NCBI GenBank assembly: GCA_964016885.1
Contig: OZ024754.1
Coordinates: 44,578,001 to 44,642,000 of the forward strand
Length of the DNA stretch: 64,000 bases
Source of the DNA: Eledone cirrhosa
Lineage: Eukaryota
Direction: 5' to 3'
The position numbers were made by a program, and so were the translations under genes. Below the pieces are notes generated by a model, which did no database searches, had not been told where the DNA came from, and was given only the letters and a program-made list of their open reading frames with translations. Shown here piece after piece: positions 58,055 through 64,000 of the stretch (its first letter is position 1; the number at the start of each line of letters is the position of its first letter).

Positions 58055-59148
58055 ATCTCCCTCTCTCTCCCTCTCTCTCTCCTCTCCCCCCCCTCTCCCC
58101 TCTCTCTCCCCCCCTCTCTCCCCTCTCTCCCTCTCTCTCTCCTCCCCCCCCTCTCTCCCCTCTCTCCCCCTCTCTCTCCCTCTCTCTCCTCTCTCCCCCT
58201 CTCTCTCCCTCTCTCTCCCCCTCTCTCTCCCTCTCTCTCTCCATTTCTCTCCCTCTCTCTCCCTCTCCATTTCTCTCCCTCTCTCTCCCTCTCCCTCTCC
58301 ATTTCTCTCCCTCTCTCTCCCTCTCCATTTCTCTCCCTCTCCATTTCTCTCTCTCTCCCTCCCTCTCCATTTCTCTCTCTCTCCCTCCCTCTCTCTATCT
58401 CTCTCTCTCCCTCTCTCTATCTCTCTCTCCACCCCCCCTCTCTCTCCCTCTCCTCGCTCTCTCCCTCTCCTCCCTTCCCCTCTCTCTCCCTCTCTCCCCT
58501 CTCCCCCTCCCCCCCTCTCTCTCTCTCTCTCTCCATCCCTCTCTCTCTCCCTCCCTCCCTCTCCATCCCTCCCTCTCCCTCTCCATCCATCCCTCTCCCT
58601 CTCCATCCCTCCCTCTCCATCCATCCCTCTCCATCCATCCCTCTCCCTCTCCATCCCTCCCTCTCCATCCCTCCCTCTCCCTCTCCATCCCTCCCTCTCC
58701 ATCCATCCCTCTCCCTCTCCATCCCTCCCTCTCCCTCCCTCCCTCTCCATCTCTCCCTCCCTCCCTCCCTCTCCCTCCCTCCCTCTCCCTCCCTCCCTCT
58801 CCATCTCTCCCTCCCTCCCTCTCCATCCCTCCCTCCCTCTCCATCCCTCCCTCCCTCTCCATCCCTCTCTCTCCATCCCTCTCTCCCTCTCCATCCCTCT
58901 CTCTCCCTCTCTCTCCATCCCTCCCTCTCTCTCCATCCCTCCCTCTCCCTCCATCCCTCCCTCTCCCTCCATCCCTCCCTCTCTCTCCATCCCTCCCTCT
59001 CCATCCCTCTCTCCATCCCTCCCTCTCCATCCCTCTCTCCCTCCCTCCCTCTCCATCCCTCTCTCCCTCCCTCTCCATCCCTCTCTCCCTCCCTCTCCAT
59101 CCCTCTCTCCCTCCCTCTCCATCCCTCTCTCCATCTCTCTCCATCTCT

Positions 59149-59180
<32 letters not shown>
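58055..59180. repeat. CT-rich (CTCTCC/CCAT) polypyrimidine array
   Basis: Directly visible. Confidence 0.95.
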
Positions 59181-59181
<1 letters not shown>

Positions 59182-59321
59182 CACAGCCCCACCTCACCAA
59201 TGCCACTACAGTTATGTATTACTGTACATTTTTGCTTTGTTTGAATTTGTGTGCTGCGCTTGGCTGCTAGTCTTTGTTGTCTCAGTATTTGTTGCTTAGA
59301 TTATACTTTATATGTGTATAA

Positions 59322-59352
<31 letters not shown>

Positions 59353-59434
59353 TGCTTATACATACATGTACATGTTAAATATATGTGTACATAATATATG
59401 CAATATATGTATATGATGCATATATATATATATA

Positions 59435-59625
59435 TAATGTATAATAAACAATACAATATAATTACCTCATTACCAGAGGTTTCCTGAATAAGACGAATAC
59501 AAGAAACGTCCTCATTATATTGTATTGTTTATTATACATTAAATTTAGCTCTGTAACTTACATAGAGCACTCTTCACTCCTATGACTTTTTCCATTTTCA
59601 ATTTTCAACGGAAACTTCAATACTT
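59435..59625 (+). mobile_element. Fold-back island (28-bp arms 59435-59462 / 59514-59541) plus tail
   Basis: Perfect arms, TAGAGCACT at 59563, GAAACGTC in the loop and (TA)n flanks. Confidence 0.6.
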
Positions 59626-60519
59626 ATATATATATATATATATTTGTAATGTAAGACGTAAGGTATATCATTCTTAACAAATCTACAATTTATTTTAGCT
59701 TTGCTATGAAAAATAAAAGAATGGGTTGTACTGCAAGTTTTATTTCTCAGAAAGTGGACAGAAAATTGGGATGAATCTAGTTAGTTTCTGGTCTTGTTGG
59801 ACCTTCATCTGACAAAGAATTCCCAGTTTCTGTCCACAGAGAGATTACCAGCTTATAGATATTTACAGTATATACAAACTAGGACCTGTGTAAATTGGTC
59901 AGTCTAATTTGTATAACAGTGCATGCATTAACAATATGGATTAATTTAATTCATAGTGCAGTGGTGCACTACACAACATTTTATGGTAGTTTGAAATGTT
60001 TGATATACATTTGAAATAAATATGCAATTTTTATGTCACTGTGAAAAGTAAACGAAGTTGTTCACCGCAGGTGTTATGTCTCCGTGGACAGAAAAGGTGT
60101 TTTCAATCTAATTGGTTTTTATTCCTTTTAGACTTTCATTAGTGAGAATCCATAATTAATGTCCATGAAGATATTAATAACTTGTTGCTGAAGTACTTTG
60201 TTCTTGGAGATAAACTAAAATTGTATGTTTATTGTAAAAGTTATACATCTTACATTTGAAATTATCTAAATATGGTATGGAGTGCACCACAAATGAATGC
60301 ATATATATAAAATACATATTCACTAATATATAATACACATATAGACGTGAGTGTGTTTGTGTGTGTTTGTATACACACACACATTCAAACAAATATAAAG
60401 GCACACATTTATATGTAATTACTTTTCTCTTGGTAAACATGATTCTATTTTAAAAGGAGTGTGCCATTGTTAATTCATCAAATTATTATTTTTGTTGTTG
60501 CTCAACCCCTCAAGGTTTG

Positions 60520-60672
60520 ATCTATCCCACCAAACCCCTTGATCTACCCAACTAAACCCCTTGATCTACCCAACTAAACCCCTTGATCTATCCTGCCAAA
60601 CCCCTAGATATATCCAGCCAAACCCCTCAAGTTTTGATCTACCCAACCAAACCCCTTGATATATTCAGCCAC
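60520..60672. repeat. Tandem repeat AAACCCCTTGATCTACCC(A)AC(T), about 22-23 bp
   Basis: Six or seven degenerate copies. Confidence 0.8.
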
Positions 60673-61679
60673 ACTTCTATATGAAGGGGCTCTAGTTGTT
60701 ACTAACCTGTCTTTATATAATGTCCTATGTTCTTATGTGTACATATATACACACATAAACATGCTTATACATGCAAACACATAAGCATACACACTCACAT
60801 ACATACATATATACACATACACACATATACACATACACACATACGTACATGATGATTGCAGATTCTTTTCAGAATAATGCCACCTCTTCAAAAGTCATTG
60901 ATAAGTACCCGATTGTGGGCATGTACGTGGCTCTTAACATTGGCACTAGAGCCACATGTCTTCTCACAAATACTAAAGGGTTAAAATGAGTATTACGGCC
61001 CTGATTATGTCTAGTGTCTGGTCAGACCACTTTGAGGACAACAGATGTTTCCACAGAGGTAATGAATTCAATTAAGGAAAAAAAGAAAATTTAGCTTGAG
61101 AAGTGTTGTAGGGAAAAAAACCCCTGAACACTCCTGCGTAACTAAAAGTGGACTAGGCGAAATGTCTTTGAACAATAACTGAAGTGAACTGTCAGTAGAC
61201 TGTATATACGAAGTCTCATTGTGGTGATCTCGTTGGTGAATACTTTGGTTTTACCTTCATTTGTACAGGTATACTTACAGGTGTGACATACCATTATAAC
61301 AAGAAAAAGAATGGAATGTCGACATTCGATTGACTTTCATCAAATCAGACCGAGAAAACAATGTTTCCATTGGTCTTTCCAATTGCTAATACTATCTATC
61401 GGCCATAACTCCAGGTAGAAGGAGCAACGTGAAATAAAAAGTTTTGCTCAAGGGCATAACACATGGCCAGGTCTGGGAATCGAACTCATAACGATTGTCA
61501 ATCCACTTCTCTAACCACTCAGCCATGTGCCTGGGATGTAAAATAGGAAAATATAAAGGAAAAAACTGGAAAAGGGATGGAATGTCAAGGACTGTAGTGT
61601 CACAACCTAGGAATATGTGTTTGGGTATGTATAAAGGGTTGTTGTTGTTTTAGTAGTCAATGATGAGATCATAGAACTA

Positions 61680-61759
61680 CAGGGTATCCTAAAAAAATGT
61701 ATATATACTTTTATTAGAATGCTGTTAAAGTGTATATACATTTTTGTGGGGACACCCTG
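61680..61759. mobile_element. 80-bp Tc1/mariner-type MITE
   Basis: TA-CAGGGTATCC...GGACACCCTG-TA, palindromic along most of its length. Confidence 0.8.
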
Positions 61760-62043
61760 TATATCTATTATTCAAAGATGTAATGATAATACACTAATCT
61801 ATGGAATATCCAATATTATTGAAATATAAATTTGTGACGGCGATGAATTTGTTATATTTGGTGAGGGTCATGTATTGCCAGAAATATATAGTAAAACACA
61901 CTCACTGTTGGTCAAATATAAATTGATTGAATGTCTAATTACAGCTTAACGATGTGTTGCCTATTGTTTTGATTTGATTTTATGTTTTTTGTTATTGTTC
62001 TCAATATTTTTATATATTGTTTGTTTTTCTATATTACTACTAC

Positions 62044-62077
<34 letters not shown>

Positions 62078-62088
62078 AATAAGTATAA

Positions 62089-62309
62089 CCCTTTAGCATT
62101 TACATTACTCTATATATACTATTCTATTTTTGTGGTAAAGGCTTTATCTTACATAATTATCTCACATAATCTTGAATCTATGAGATTTTGATGTTATTCA
62201 TTTTGAGAACATTACCTTAACATCAGTATGAGTGGCCAGTTACATCCAGTTTGAAGAGAAAGAGGTGAGAGAATTCTGACCGGATTTGGCCGGTTTAAAT
62301 GCTAAAGGG
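62089..62309 (-). mobile_element. piggyBac-like MITE (opposite orientation to 48001)
   Basis: CCCTTTAGCATTT...AAATGCTAAAGGG-TTAA. Confidence 0.85.
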
Positions 62310-62329
62310 TTAAAGAATGATATAAATAT

Positions 62330-62532
62330 GCAGAGCTGCTATGAAATAGCTTATAGAATATGATGAAGGCCCTTAAAAGTCAGAAAAAGATGCTGCAATT
62401 AACTGCTATAAGGAATTGAACCCTGTATCTGGAAGATGTCGGGTTGAATCCCTCATAGCGGCTGATGGCAACTTCTTTTTCTGACTTTTAAGGGTCTTCA
62501 CCCTATTTTCTAAGATATTTTATAGCAACTTT
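62330..62532. mobile_element. Palindromic MITE-like element, about 200 bp
   Basis: CCCTTAAAAGTCAGAAAAAGA / TCTTTTTCTGACTTTTAAGGG plus outer and inner matches. Confidence 0.7.
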
Positions 62533-62651
62533 TTACATCCTTAACACTTATATATACTTATATATATGTGTGTGTGTGTATTCTCAGCGCTTAAAAGTTC
62601 GAGAAATTAGCCACATTTATTATTATTGTAGTTATTACATTATTACCATTA

Positions 62652-62860
62652 TGGTGGATTGGTAGTATCAGTAGAGGGTCGGACGCCATGCTTTGCAGCA
62701 TAGTGTCACGTCCCTTTACGGTCTGAGTTCAAATCCTGCCAGGGTTAACTTTGCCTTTCATCCTTACGGGGTCGATAAAATAAAGTACCAGTAATGTACT
62801 GGGATAATTGCTGGCTTTGTGCCAAAAAGAGAAACTATTATTATTACCATTATTATTATT
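62652..62860 (+). mobile_element. Near full-length tRNA-derived SINE, family A, with (TTA)n tail; another copy at 63470-63615
   Basis: B-box GAGTTCAAATCC, core GCCTTTCATCCTTACGGGGTCGATAAAATAAAGTACCAG and an ATT tail. Confidence 0.88.
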
Positions 62861-63021
62861 ATTATTAATGATGTGCTTTGGTTGATCTCATATTGTTTTG
62901 CTTTATATATAATTGGATGTTTGTATTTGTTTTGTTTTATTAACTTATAACTTATTTACTGCGGAATATGTCTGACTTATCTTCTCTTGTTCTTTCTACT
63001 AATTATTTGGATATTATTATA

Positions 63022-63265
63022 TACACCATGTTATACGATATAATAGTATAGACCATGTTATACGATATAATACTATAGACCATGTTATATGATATAATAC
63101 TATAGACCATGTTATACAATATAATACTATAGACCATGTTATACAATATAATACTATATACCATGATATACAATATAATACTATATATATACGCCATGTT
63201 ATACAATATAATACTATAAACCATGTTATACAATACTATATATATATATATACCATGTTATAACA
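63022..63265. repeat. 27-bp minisatellite CCATGTTATACAATATAATACTATAGA, about 9 copies
   Basis: Directly visible, with a 9-aa periodic ORF. Confidence 0.92.
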
Positions 63266-63627
63266 TGTAATAACGAATTTAAATACTGTAAAGCTAATGA
63301 CAATAAATTGTTAGAGAAAAACAAGCACTTTTTCAAATCTACGACAGCAGAATGGACTTCCATACCGTAGGTATGATTTCGGCTTGTTTTTATACCACAA
63401 AAGAAGGAACTCAGGGCCTCAAACATCACACAAAAACGAACTCAGACAAAACTTTTTCTTCGTGAAACTGTTCGGGCAAAATGTTTTGTGGTATTTAGTT
63501 CTGACTTTTTACATTCTGAGTTCAAATCCCACCAAGTTCAACTCTACTTTTCATCCATTTGTGATCAATAAACTAAAATACCAGTCATGTACTGAGGTTG
63601 ATTTAATCAATTTTTCTGTTCCCTTAA

Positions 63628-64000
63628 CCCTTTAACATTTAAACCAGCCATATCTGGCCAGAATTCTCTCACCTCTTTCTGTTCAAACCAGCCATAACTG
63701 GCTGCTCATACTTATGTTAACCCTTTAGCATTTACATTACTCGGTAACGGCTTTACCTCGTATAATATCTCACATAATCTTGAATCTATGAGATTTTAAT
63801 ATTATTTATGTTGAGAACAACACCTTAACATAAATATGAGTGGCAAGTTATGGCTGGTTTGAACAGAAAGAGGTTTTTAAAATTCTGGCCGGATATGGCT
63901 GGTTTAAATGCTAAAGAGTTAAGGTTTTGTTCTCAAAATATATAATATGAAAATCTCATAGATTTGATATTATATGGGATATTTATGTTTACCATGAAAA
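63628..64000. mobile_element. piggyBac-like MITE with a second copy (63721-63918) nested in opposite orientation at an internal TTAA
   Basis: TTAA at 63717-63720 and 63919-63922 flanks the inner copy. The outer copy resumes colinearly with 48001. Confidence 0.85.

Noticed and set aside
60848-60915. Acceptor-like ttttcag followed by an open frame NNATSSKVIDK
   Set aside because: It resembles the end of the dispersed repeat at 4345 and 13647 next to (CATA)n.

Overview
This is AT-rich eukaryotic DNA dominated by microsatellites. The repeat landscape suggests an Octopus or other coleoid cephalopod genome, which is an inference. Much of the window is simple or minisatellite repeat, including a TA-based array of about 11 kb at 25.5-36.6 kb and a 32-bp minisatellite with a 320-bp higher-order period. 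There is a 200-N gap at 44590-44789. All long ORFs in the track are repeat artefacts. The only host gene I can support is a + strand phospholipase C beta (PLCB4/norpA type): four phase-consistent exons at 46600-48605, a probable fifth at 51288-51353 and a candidate 12-nt microexon. Other features are RTE and CR1-like LINE 3' ends, tRNA-derived SINEs, and piggyBac, Tc1-mariner and hAT-like MITEs. The main hidden signal is about 20 short islands inside (TA)n tracts, from roughly 9 or more sequence families. About ten carry complete or near-complete type I hammerhead ribozyme folds. Many are fold-back hairpins, and most share a bipartite ACTC...TTGAGYRC motif that marks where the inverted arm stops. 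This fits Penelope-like retroelement pLTR remnants, with an apparently conserved boundary signal. All folding and alignment was done by eye and needs computational and biochemical confirmation.
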